Positions 1 to 9,318 of a DNA stretch of 64,000 nt are shown piece by piece. Every line of letters starts with the position of its first letter. The stretch's first letter is position 1. Position numbers and translations under genes: made by a program. Source of the DNA: Aulosira sp. ZfuVER01 (GTDB lineage: Bacteria; Cyanobacteriota; Cyanobacteriia; Cyanobacteriales; Nostocaceae); assembly GCA_034530615.2 (NCBI GenBank), contig JAVRCV020000032.1, forward strand, positions 144,488-208,487, in the 5' to 3' direction. A model generated the notes under the pieces. It was not told the DNA's origin. It ran no database searches and was given only the letters and a program-made list of their open reading frames with translations.

Positions 1-1
1 A

Positions 2-109
2 ATTGAAAAATCCCAATGATTGCCCGGCAATGACAGTCAAAGCAACACTGGGAGTAATAATTAAAATACTACGAGTACGTTGGATAAAGGTCTTAAATCT
101 GCGCCACAT
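2..109 (-). CDS. N-terminus of a probable CHASE2-domain sensor protein (runs off the window edge)
   Basis: ATG at 109 reads MWRRFKTFIQRTRSILIITPSVALTVIAGQSLGFFN. This is a hydrophobic N-terminal helix typical of CHASE2 proteins, and it lies directly downstream of DUF928 and CHAT genes. Confidence 0.55.
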   Translation of the reverse strand, partial: MWRRFKTFIQRTRSILIITPSVALTVIAGQSLGFFN

Positions 110-162
110 ATTTGCGCCAAATAGGAGTTAAAGGCTGGGTGGACGGGAAGGCAGACAAGGAA

Positions 163-190
163 GTGTGGGGAGTGTGGGGAGTGTGGGGAA
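163..190 (+). repeat. Short tandem repeat (GTGTGGGGA x3)
   Basis: Seen directly; a typical Nostocales intergenic short tandem repeat. Confidence 0.8.
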
Positions 191-253
191 TTATCTTCCC
201 TATCTCCTCATCTTCCCTCCATATCTTCCTTTTGCCCCCTTCCCAAATTGCTC

Positions 254-1483
254 TTAGTTCGCAGATGCTAATAATGGAGCTGTGACAATCTCTTTCAAGC
301 TAACTGACGAAAGAAGTTCGTCCCATTGCTTGGAAAGAGTTACATTGTTAGGTTGTGTAGTATGTAGGGCTGCAAGTGTTGCCACACAGTCATACCAAAC
401 ACCATTTTTACCAAAAGCAGCTGCCCGTTTCAGTGCATCTTCCTGTTGCATCGCTGCTGCCAGTTCGGCAGTAGGCTGGATGCGCTGAATCCAACCATCT
501 ACGTAAGGTGTACTGGGGCCGAGTTGTCCGTCAACTTTAACAGCTAGGAACCATTGGTAGTTTTTCCCAACTGCTAAAGCGGGTGCATTAGCTGGTAATT
601 TAACTGCGATGACTCCAGCTTTCCCTGCGATCGGAATGGTCATTTGATGCTGGGTATTGCCAGCTTCATCCTTGAGGCTGAATACAGCTTCTTCCGCATT
701 AGAAGCAGGGAGATATACCAGAATTGTCGGACGTTCAGACACAGTTGTGCCATAGAAGTTTTGAGGTAGGAGTGCAATTAGGGCTGCGGGGCCTCCTGCT
801 GCTACAGTTGAAGGATTTAAGTAGTAAGTACCAACGCGAGAAGCTCCCCCACTAGCTTGTTGAGGAGCCTCTTTCCCAGAAGCAGGTGTAAAGAGATTGC
901 CTCTGGAAGCGCCTCCGGTTGCTTGTTGGGGCGTACCCTTCCCGGCGCTAGGTGTAAAGAGATTGCCTCTAGAAGCGCCTCCGGTTGCTTGTTGGGGCGT
1001 ACCCTTCCCGGCGCTAGGTGTAAAGAGATTGCCTCTAGAAGCGCCTCCGGTTGCTTGCCTAGGGGCACCTTTACCTGCACTTGGTGTAAAGAGGTTGCCT
1101 CTAGAAGCGCCTCCGGTTGCTTGCCTAGGGGCACCTTTACCAGCGCTAGGTGTAAACAGATTACCGCGAGAAGCACCTCCGGTTGCTTGACTAGGAGCGC
1201 CTTTACCAGAAGCAGGGATAAAGAAACTACCACGAGAAGCACCGCCGGTTGCTTGGCTAGGAGCACCATTATTGATTGGTGGGGTAAATGTCACAGCATG
1301 AACGCTATTCCATGTACTACTAGTAAGCAGAGCGATGACGCTCAATGTACTGGCTAAATATCGATGTTTCACAAGCTTGTACCTCATAGGCAAAGTAACA
1401 AAAAATACTATTATTCTGATTGTGGGAAGAAACTTGTAAAATCGGTTTCTACAAAAGTCAAAGGTTGAAATACCTACTAGCAA
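254..1483 (-). CDS. DUF928 domain-containing secreted protein with seven 22-aa repeats (true start probably near 1387, MRYKLV)
   Basis: C-terminal GTTVSERPTILVYLP...YQWF...GWIQR...GVWYD is typical of DUF928. It has a signal-peptide-like N-terminus and sits next to a CHAT gene. Confidence 0.85.
   Translation of the reverse strand: MLVGISTFDFCRNRFYKFLPTIRIIVFFVTLPMRYKLVKHRYLASTLSVIALLTSSTWNSVHAVTFTPPINNGAPSQATGGASRGSFFIPASGKGAPSQATGGASRGNLFTPSAGKGAPRQATGGASRGNLFTPSAGKGAPRQATGGASRGNLFTPSAGKGTPQQATGGASRGNLFTPSAGKGTPQQATGGASRGNLFTPASGKEAPQQASGGASRVGTYYLNPSTVAAGGPAALIALLPQNFYGTTVSERPTILVYLPASNAEEAVFSLKDEAGNTQHQMTIPIAGKAGVIAVKLPANAPALAVGKNYQWFLAVKVDGQLGPSTPYVDGWIQRIQPTAELAAAMQQEDALKRAAAFGKNGVWYDCVATLAALHTTQPNNVTLSKQWDELLSSVSLKEIVTAPLLASAN
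835..1292 (-). repeat. Intragenic tandem repeat, about 7 x 66 bp, encoding NLFTPSAGKGxPxQATGGASRG
   Basis: The unit gattgcctctagaagcgcctcc recurs at 961 and 1027 (period 66); the repeat is obvious in the translation. Confidence 0.95.
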
Positions 1484-1559
1484 TATAAACGAATTTTGAC
1501 TGTCGAACCGTAAAAAATATGCGTAAATTACTGGCTTTCTAGTTCAGTATATTTACGTA

Positions 1560-4121
1560 TTAAAGCCAATTACCAACCAAAACAAAGGCAGACCAAAAGA
1601 AAGGATCGTGGAAATCAGTTTGGCGAATCAGGTTGATTTGAGCTTGGCGCAGTGCCTCGGCTTTGGTGATTTTGGGCTTTCGTAATTGCTCATAAAAGCG
1701 CGTCATCAGCATCTCAGCTGCTTTATCTTTAACAGGCCAGAGAGTGGCAATAGTTGAGCGAGCGCCAGATTTGACAGCCAAGCCAGCTAGTCCCAGAACG
1801 GCGCGATCGTCGCCAGCTGCTGTATCGCACGCACTTAGTACTAGCAACTCGATCGCTTTTGATGAATCACCAGTACGATTTTTGAGGAGTTCGGACAATT
1901 CTTTGACGTTCACTTGTCCATCCCACGTAAGTAAGAAGGTATCTTCGAGACGGGAACTAAACTGTCCGTGGGTTGCTAGATGGACAACATCAGCACTAGT
2001 AAATTTCACGCTATTGGCAAGGGCTTGATTGGTGAATTGCTGGTTGAGCAACATTGAAGATGGCACTGCCTTCGAGATTTTCTTGACTTCTGATTCCACA
2101 GCAGGCAAAGCACTAAAGCCATTACGAGATTCGCTGATACCGCCAACGATCGCATCAATGCGCTTTTCCTGAAGCGATCGCGCAGTCATCAATTGCATTC
2201 CTGGTGAGAGGGCCACCGCATACTTCTCGATTAGATATTGCTTACCGTCATACAGGGCTGCTATAGGAATATTACGTAAGCGTCCATCTAAAACGAATAC
2301 TAGTGTTTTGCTGTCTTGGAAGGCTCGATCCATCTCCGCAGGGCGAATTAGCCAACTATACACTTCTTCGGATAGGCGATCGCGCTCTTTGGAATCTGAG
2401 ACAGGATTCAAGCCAACTAATAATTTATCTAGAGTTTGTTCGATGTCGGCTTGAGATTTTTGTGTCACATAGTAACGCAACGGTTGTCCAGTTTTGGAGA
2501 GGATGACTGCAAGGCGATCGCTTAAGATAATTGGATAGACAACAGTTGCATTCGGGTCAACTTGGTCAATCTGCTGTGCCCGATCTAAACAAGCTTCCCT
2601 AAAAAAGTTATCGAGTTCTGCGACTTGCAATGCTTCAATCAGATCGCGAGCTTCCGTCAGTGCAGACTGACTGGGTTGTCCATCTAGGAGTAAACTGACA
2701 AGTTCGCGGTAGACAGGCTCTACGCTTTCACGGAAGGAGAACTGCACATCAGGGTTGACAGCAACCAAATCCCCTCGTAGGGACTTTAAGGCTTTGACTG
2801 CTTCAGTATAGGCACTAATTGCTTGGGGGCGATCGCCTTGTTGTTTGTACAACTGTCCTACCTGCCAAGCAGATTGAGCAATAATATCGTCAGCTTGGAG
2901 TTGACGCGCAATGTTCAGGGATTTCTGAGTTAATTCCTGTGCTTGTGATAACTGCTGTGTACGACGATAGAGTTTTCCCCATTGATGTAGTGCATAAGCT
3001 TCTGCTTGAGCATCTTGGATTTGTTGTGCAGACTTGATTGTACTCGCCATCAGTTGTGCCAAGTCTTTCAGCGGTACGATTTGGTAAGAATTTGACAGCC
3101 GATTTACACTGGCAACAAAATTAATAGCTGCGTAGAGGGAAGTGTGGCTAGGAGGCAGTTCTCCTAGTTGTTGTAGTAGTTGCGGTGCGAGTGGAGTAGC
3201 CAACTCAAGTTTGTCATAATCGAGCAAAAGTTTGAAACGCCCTAAACTTGCTTGTAAGCGATCGCCTGGATTTGTTGCTACCTGTTCTGCCTGTTCAAAA
3301 TAATCTAATGCTGTCTGTGGATCTTGCAAGTCAGCGGCGATTTTTCCTAGGTTCAACAGGATAGAACTTAATTGAGGTTTAGTTTCAAGTTTGCTGGCGA
3401 TCGCTAAACTTTGTTCTAACACTTGTTGACTTCTACTAGAATCACCAATCGTTTGCAAAGCTAAACCAACCGATCGCAACCCACTAACTTTAACTTCCGA
3501 ATCTGGCATTGCTCCTAACTTTTGATTTAGCGCCTCCAACTGCTGTTTAGAACGACGATAAAATCCCAAACTTTGTAAAGCTTGTGCAGAGTTGATTTGA
3601 CTACCCAAGCTGCCCAATTGGTCGCCTGCTTGTTCATAATATTTTTGCGCTTGTTGCCAACTTTCCAGGGCGATTTCCGCTTTACCAGTATGTAGTTGTA
3701 AATTCCCTCGTGTATTCAGTACTTGTGCCCAAACAATTGCGTCGGCAGGAGGTGACATTGTTTGCAATAGTTTGATGCTTTGTTCAATAGATTGGCTAGC
3801 TGCTTCCCACTGATTAAGTTCTTGTTGCGCTAATGACAGGTAACTCAAGCTGAGAGCTTCATTGGTGCGATCGCCTTGGGTATGGTAGTTTTGTACTGCC
3901 GTTTGCCAAATCGTCACTGCTTCTGCAAAGCGTCCCGAACGGTAGAGGTTTCGCCCTTGTTCTAGCCAATTGTTAGGCTGAGTTGATGCTGATACATTTA
4001 GGGTAGAAGTTGTCAGTAATGGCACGGATGCTCTAGCAGGTGTAATAGTCACTGCCAAACACAAACTTAAAATACTCAGACAGATATATAGCCAATAGTA
4101 TTTTTTAATCGGGAAGGTCAT
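1560..4121 (-). CDS. TPR + CHAT (caspase-like) domain protein, probably exported
   Basis: TPR-like helical repeats; CHAT catalytic motifs VHLATHGQF and LLVLSACDTA; C-terminal PFFWSAFVLVGNWL; N-terminal signal peptide. Confidence 0.93.
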   Translation of the reverse strand: MTFPIKKYYWLYICLSILSLCLAVTITPARASVPLLTTSTLNVSASTQPNNWLEQGRNLYRSGRFAEAVTIWQTAVQNYHTQGDRTNEALSLSYLSLAQQELNQWEAASQSIEQSIKLLQTMSPPADAIVWAQVLNTRGNLQLHTGKAEIALESWQQAQKYYEQAGDQLGSLGSQINSAQALQSLGFYRRSKQQLEALNQKLGAMPDSEVKVSGLRSVGLALQTIGDSSRSQQVLEQSLAIASKLETKPQLSSILLNLGKIAADLQDPQTALDYFEQAEQVATNPGDRLQASLGRFKLLLDYDKLELATPLAPQLLQQLGELPPSHTSLYAAINFVASVNRLSNSYQIVPLKDLAQLMASTIKSAQQIQDAQAEAYALHQWGKLYRRTQQLSQAQELTQKSLNIARQLQADDIIAQSAWQVGQLYKQQGDRPQAISAYTEAVKALKSLRGDLVAVNPDVQFSFRESVEPVYRELVSLLLDGQPSQSALTEARDLIEALQVAELDNFFREACLDRAQQIDQVDPNATVVYPIILSDRLAVILSKTGQPLRYYVTQKSQADIEQTLDKLLVGLNPVSDSKERDRLSEEVYSWLIRPAEMDRAFQDSKTLVFVLDGRLRNIPIAALYDGKQYLIEKYAVALSPGMQLMTARSLQEKRIDAIVGGISESRNGFSALPAVESEVKKISKAVPSSMLLNQQFTNQALANSVKFTSADVVHLATHGQFSSRLEDTFLLTWDGQVNVKELSELLKNRTGDSSKAIELLVLSACDTAAGDDRAVLGLAGLAVKSGARSTIATLWPVKDKAAEMLMTRFYEQLRKPKITKAEALRQAQINLIRQTDFHDPFFWSAFVLVGNWL

Positions 4122-4227
4122 AGATATTTACAGATAGTGTAAGAGTTTGTTTAGTAAAGTAATTGTGTAGCGACAGAGTGGGTTTTTATTAAGAGATTGC
4201 CTGTTAAGTTTGACTTTCTCCAGAGAA

Positions 4228-6720
4228 TTAACTCTTAGGAAGTGCTGCACAAGTTAGCTGTGGCTGTATGTTTGTAGGAGATTTTGCCGCAACTAATTCA
4301 ACTTTGCCTTGGGCGTTACGATGCCAGGAAGTTGCTTGGACAAGAACCTCTGATGATGTAGGCGTTTGGGCAGTCACATTGCCAGTTTTGCGGAATGCAG
4401 AGATATCGCGAGTGTCAGACCAAGTGCGATCGCTCCCTACTTCTCTTGTCGGATTTTGCGGCACACCACCTCGTCCTGTCGCCACGAAAGTACTACCAGT
4501 ATTGGCAGAACAACCTGTAGCTATTTGTTGGGATGGATCGGTGATATTTACTGGTAATTCAACTAAACCAGAATTGGGATCGATACCAATATTATTAATT
4601 TCCACTGTCCCATTGACATTAAATGCGGAACTAGCTGTAATATCATTGGTCAAATCTGCTCTAGGAGTTAGAGTATTGACGTATTCTAGACCGATAATAC
4701 CTTGAGTAGTGATGTTAATATTACCACCACGACCTTGAACCGCATTGGCGATAATGTCGCTGTTTTCTAAACCTACAATCACAGGCGAGGTAATTGACAA
4801 GTTACCACCATTACCTGTGCCCGCAGATGTAGCAGAAATAACGCTATCGTGACGCATCAGCAGGTAATCTTGTAAGTTTAATCTGACATTTCCCCCGTGA
4901 CCAGAGGCGGTAGATGCAGTGATGTTGCCTTGTTGGTCTAGAACAATTGAGTTAGCATTTATCTGTAAATCTCCAGCTTTACCAGTTCCATCATTTTTGA
5001 CGCTCACTGCTCCGCCATCGATCAGGCGTAACAATGGTGTGTTGATTATTAAAGAACCTGAATTGCCAGTAGGTACCGGAGGGAGTTGAAAGATAGCTTG
5101 AGTAACAGGATCGGTCTTCTCGGCGTTGGAAAAAATGCGTGCGGGTAATTCAGTGACAGGACCTTCGGTAAAGCGATCTGCAATATCTATGGATTTAGAA
5201 GCGTTGACTACCACGCTACCAGCCGAACCACTTGCTACAGTCGTAGAACCTAAAGATCCTCCCTTTTGGATTGTTAATCTAGCAGTATTGATAACTGCGC
5301 TATTTGCATTACCCGATCCCTGAGTGAAGGTAGCGAGACTACTGCCAGGATCTGTAATTTCCACTAGATCCGCGGCATTCACTTGGATTGCTCCACTCTG
5401 TCCAGAACTGACAGCAACAGAAACAATATTACCATTATCGAAAAGCTTGACATCCCCAGTGGATACTGTGATATTTCCTGCATCACCGCTATTTACTGAA
5501 AATGTGACGAGCGCAGTATAAATCGCTGGATTGGCGCGGTTAAAGCCACCGATCTCGGTTATACCGCCCACATTGGTGACAATGTTTGCACCTGCTGTTT
5601 GAGACCGAGTTCTAGTCACAATTCTTCCGCCATCTTGAAGGAAGAGGTTGGTGGCCGAGATTGCTATATCTCCTACCTCACCTGTACCAAAATTGTTACT
5701 TTGGATCAAACTTCCCAATTGACCGTTGGCTGTATTTCCTGTAATACTTAGGGAACCTGTGGCATTAGCTGTAATTCCCCCAGAGGATTGTGTTCCCAGG
5801 TTTTGGAGCAAAGCAGCAGAACCCTCAGTCAAACTAATATTTTGTCCTTGTAATAGGATTGAGCCGTTGCTGCCACTGGCATTCAGCAGCGATTGTTGCG
5901 CCAGATGAATATCATTAAATTGTTGCACGTTGGAATAATCACCAATCCAGCCTGTTGGAGTAGGTTTAAGTCCAACTTGTCCATTCCTGACACTGCCCAC
6001 TTCTAGATGCCCACTACCCTTGGTGGAAGCAACCCCACCGGAAAAGTTCACTCCAGCGCCAATCAACGCCAGTGTTTGATTTGTTCCAGCTTGTAATCCG
6101 GGGGGGCTTTTGCTGGCATTAGCTTGACCAAAGCCAGTACTATCTGTCAACAGGTTTCCCAGTCCCTGTACGGTAATGGTTCCTGAGTTTTGACCCATCT
6201 GCAAGCCGATAGGTACACTCATAGTTAGTAAAGGAGTACTATTAGCATTTACTGCACTAAACTCTGCACCATCGCTAAATTTAATACTATTTGCTGTCGT
6301 TCCTAGAAATGAACCACCTATATTTAAACTGGCATTTTCTCCAAAAATAATCCCATTAGGATTTAACAAAAATAAATTGGCGCTACCATTGGCTTTGATT
6401 AAACCATCAATATTAGATGTACTACCGCCAGTGACTCGCGCAAAGATATTCTCAATGGTGGTGGCATTGTCGAACAAGGCAGAGCCTTTGCTGGGAATGG
6501 AAAATTGGCTGAAGCTGTGAAACAGATTATTGCCTGTGACAGTGCCATTAGTAATCGTGAAGTTATTGCCATTCTGGAAGACAGTAGTATTGAGGCTGCC
6601 ATCTGAAGCTATCTGAGCATTTGCGTAGCTGTTGCCAAAGAACATGATTCCGATTGGTAGCAGTATAGAACCTGCCCATATTCGATTCATCAAACTCAAA
6701 TAAACAGAAAGCAGCCTCAT
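4228..6720 (-). CDS. Filamentous haemagglutinin N-terminal domain protein (TpsA family exoprotein)
   Basis: TPS secretion motifs NLFHSFSQF and NPNGIIFG; Gly/Asn-rich beta-helix repeats; cyanobacterial C-terminal FVATGRGGVPQNP. Confidence 0.92.
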   Translation of the reverse strand: MRLLSVYLSLMNRIWAGSILLPIGIMFFGNSYANAQIASDGSLNTTVFQNGNNFTITNGTVTGNNLFHSFSQFSIPSKGSALFDNATTIENIFARVTGGSTSNIDGLIKANGSANLFLLNPNGIIFGENASLNIGGSFLGTTANSIKFSDGAEFSAVNANSTPLLTMSVPIGLQMGQNSGTITVQGLGNLLTDSTGFGQANASKSPPGLQAGTNQTLALIGAGVNFSGGVASTKGSGHLEVGSVRNGQVGLKPTPTGWIGDYSNVQQFNDIHLAQQSLLNASGSNGSILLQGQNISLTEGSAALLQNLGTQSSGGITANATGSLSITGNTANGQLGSLIQSNNFGTGEVGDIAISATNLFLQDGGRIVTRTRSQTAGANIVTNVGGITEIGGFNRANPAIYTALVTFSVNSGDAGNITVSTGDVKLFDNGNIVSVAVSSGQSGAIQVNAADLVEITDPGSSLATFTQGSGNANSAVINTARLTIQKGGSLGSTTVASGSAGSVVVNASKSIDIADRFTEGPVTELPARIFSNAEKTDPVTQAIFQLPPVPTGNSGSLIINTPLLRLIDGGAVSVKNDGTGKAGDLQINANSIVLDQQGNITASTASGHGGNVRLNLQDYLLMRHDSVISATSAGTGNGGNLSITSPVIVGLENSDIIANAVQGRGGNINITTQGIIGLEYVNTLTPRADLTNDITASSAFNVNGTVEINNIGIDPNSGLVELPVNITDPSQQIATGCSANTGSTFVATGRGGVPQNPTREVGSDRTWSDTRDISAFRKTGNVTAQTPTSSEVLVQATSWHRNAQGKVELVAAKSPTNIQPQLTCAALPKS

Positions 6721-6753
6721 TATTAGTCTCCTTTTATACCTATTTAATATTCC

Positions 6754-9279
6754 CTAAATGTTATTGTTCCTAACATTCAAAATGTTTGAATTGCTGGACA
6801 AATCAACTCTTGGAACCGCAGCACAAGTTAACGGCGGTTGGATATGTGCAGGAGATTGTGCCGCAATTAATTCAACTTTGCCTTGGGCGTTACGATGCCA
6901 GGAAGTAGCTTCGACAATGACAGTTGGTGATGTAGGTGTTTTGGCAGTTACATTACTAGTTTTGCGATATGCAGAGATGTCACGGATATCAGACCAAGTG
7001 CGATCGCTCCTCACTTCCTGCGTGGGATTTTGTGGTACACCACCCCGTCCCGTAGCCACAAATTTACTGCCTTGTTCGCTGGCACAACCTGTAGCAATTT
7101 GCTGCGATGGATCGGTAACATTTGCAGGTAATTCTACTAAGCCAGAATTGGGATCGACACCGATGTTATTAATTTGAACTGTGCCACTAACACCAAATTG
7201 GGAACTGGCGGTGATGTCATTTTCTGGGGTAAGTTCAGGACGAAACTGCAATCCAATTAAACCCTGAGTGGTGATTTGAATATTGCCGCCCTTCCCTTGA
7301 AAGGCATTCGCAATAATGTCACTGTTTCCCACTCCAGCAACGATTGGTGCATTGATATTGATATTACCGCCATTACCATTACCGCCTGCGGTAGCTGCGA
7401 TCGCGCTATTGCTACGCAGCAGCAACAACTTCCCAACATCTAAAGCGATATTCCCGCCATTACCCGATTCTGTTGCTGCTTGGATGCTGGCTTGACGCTC
7501 TAATCGAATGGTATTAGCTGTAATGTTGAGACTGCCACCATTGCCGCTACCTTGACTAGTAACACTCACTGTTCCACCATCCATCAATTTCAGGTTGGGT
7601 GTAGTAATGCGCACATTACCCGCATTGGCTGTTAGTATGTCTGGCAAACGAAATAGCTGCTGAAATTGTGGATCTAATCGTAAGACAGATGAGTTGATGC
7701 TGCTGTTATTGCTCTGATTGCGTCCAGCGATTTCAATCGATTCTGTAGCGTTAATACTCAGATCTCCACCATTACCAATAAAAAATGTAGTTGCAGCAAC
7801 AGCTCCCCCATCGAGAATTTGTAACTTAGCTGTATCTAGGGTTAAGATTTTGGCATTTCCCATTGCAAATGTAGTAGAGCTAATGTTGCTATATAGTCCG
7901 AAAGGGTTTTCTCCCATCACAGTGGTGCGATCGTTGCGAATTGTCACCTTACCACTAGAGCCACTACCAAATGTAGCTGAACTCAATGAAGCGCCACCTG
8001 ATACTACTAAACTATTGCCATTAACAAAGATGTCGCCTGCGTTCCCCGAACTATAATAGCTAGATGTGCTTAGGGTACTAATGCCTGTAGGATTGATTGG
8101 TGAAAAGCCAGATAATTCAATTGCACTTGCCTGAATTTCGATATTGCCACTTGCAGCCTTTCCTAGAGTAGAACTATTCAATCCTGCTCCCTGTTGGAGT
8201 GTCAGCTTGGGAGTAATGACGCTGATATCGCTACCAGCTGCACTGCCGAAAGTTTCACTGCGAATCCCACTCCAAATTGCAGCATCGGTTCTACCAATCA
8301 TGTCTATCGCTGCTGATGCTTGCAGGTGAATTTTACCTCCGGCTAAATCACCGAAATTTTGTGCCAGTATCAGTGAACCATCCGTGAATTCAATATGTCG
8401 CCCCTGAACCTGTACAGATCCCGCATTGATTCCACTTACATTAACTAGCGATCGCTGTGCTAGTTGAATATCGCCAAAGCTTTGCCCATTTTCATAACCC
8501 AAGGTATAGCCTTGTACTGTGGGTATGAGGCTGACCAATCCTACACCACTCACGCTGCCTAATTCTACTTGCCCCTGTTGAGCAGTTAGAGTTGCCCCAT
8601 TCAGATCCAAATTGCCCCCTACCAAAGCTAGGGTTTGTCCTGGCTGTACCCGCAGTTCGCTAGCACTAGGAGTCACAGTTATTGGCGGCAATCCATTGGG
8701 ATTGGGATTTCTTAAGGAGTGTCCGGTGCCTTGGACAATGATCGCCGCCGGATTGCTGCCCATTTGCAAACCAATGGGAACATTAATGCTTAAAAGGGGC
8801 TGAGTTTGGGAATTAATTGCACTAAACTCTGCACCATCAGCAAACTTAATGCTATTTGCAGTTGTACCAACAAACGATCCACCAATATTCAGTTGAGCAT
8901 TAGGGCCAAATAAAATGCCACTAGGATTAATCAAAAATAGGCTCACAGGATGATTGCTGTTGATGGTTTGAATTATGCCATCAATGTTAGAAATGCTACC
9001 TCCTGTAACCCGGCCAAATATAGTAGTTATGTTTGGTGTGTTGACTACATCAAAGATAGCTGAAGTACCAGTAGGAACGCTAAATTGCTGGAAACTGTGA
9101 AATAAATTACTGTTGGCAGCACTGCCGTTATTGATGATAAAATTGCTACCACTTTGTGAAACATTTGTATTAAGAGTGCCATCGGACGTAACCTGGGCGT
9201 TAGCAAAGCCACACCAGAGAAATATGCTACCTGTCAAAATTCCATTAACCAAATTCCAGCAAATAGAAGGCGCTTTCAT
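6754..9279 (-). CDS. Filamentous haemagglutinin N-terminal domain protein (TpsA family), paralog of the adjacent gene
   Basis: NLFHSFQQF and NPSGILFG motifs; C-terminus nearly identical to 4228..6720. Confidence 0.92.
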   Translation of the reverse strand: MKAPSICWNLVNGILTGSIFLWCGFANAQVTSDGTLNTNVSQSGSNFIINNGSAANSNLFHSFQQFSVPTGTSAIFDVVNTPNITTIFGRVTGGSISNIDGIIQTINSNHPVSLFLINPSGILFGPNAQLNIGGSFVGTTANSIKFADGAEFSAINSQTQPLLSINVPIGLQMGSNPAAIIVQGTGHSLRNPNPNGLPPITVTPSASELRVQPGQTLALVGGNLDLNGATLTAQQGQVELGSVSGVGLVSLIPTVQGYTLGYENGQSFGDIQLAQRSLVNVSGINAGSVQVQGRHIEFTDGSLILAQNFGDLAGGKIHLQASAAIDMIGRTDAAIWSGIRSETFGSAAGSDISVITPKLTLQQGAGLNSSTLGKAASGNIEIQASAIELSGFSPINPTGISTLSTSSYYSSGNAGDIFVNGNSLVVSGGASLSSATFGSGSSGKVTIRNDRTTVMGENPFGLYSNISSTTFAMGNAKILTLDTAKLQILDGGAVAATTFFIGNGGDLSINATESIEIAGRNQSNNSSINSSVLRLDPQFQQLFRLPDILTANAGNVRITTPNLKLMDGGTVSVTSQGSGNGGSLNITANTIRLERQASIQAATESGNGGNIALDVGKLLLLRSNSAIAATAGGNGNGGNININAPIVAGVGNSDIIANAFQGKGGNIQITTQGLIGLQFRPELTPENDITASSQFGVSGTVQINNIGVDPNSGLVELPANVTDPSQQIATGCASEQGSKFVATGRGGVPQNPTQEVRSDRTWSDIRDISAYRKTSNVTAKTPTSPTVIVEATSWHRNAQGKVELIAAQSPAHIQPPLTCAAVPRVDLSSNSNILNVRNNNI

Positions 9280-9318
9280 CTAGCAGTTTCCAACAATACT
9301 TATATAAATAGAGTTCCC

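Noticed and set aside
835..1292. Regular repeats resembling a CRISPR array
   Set aside because: Contiguous in-frame 66-bp coding repeats with no unique spacers, and no cas genes in the window
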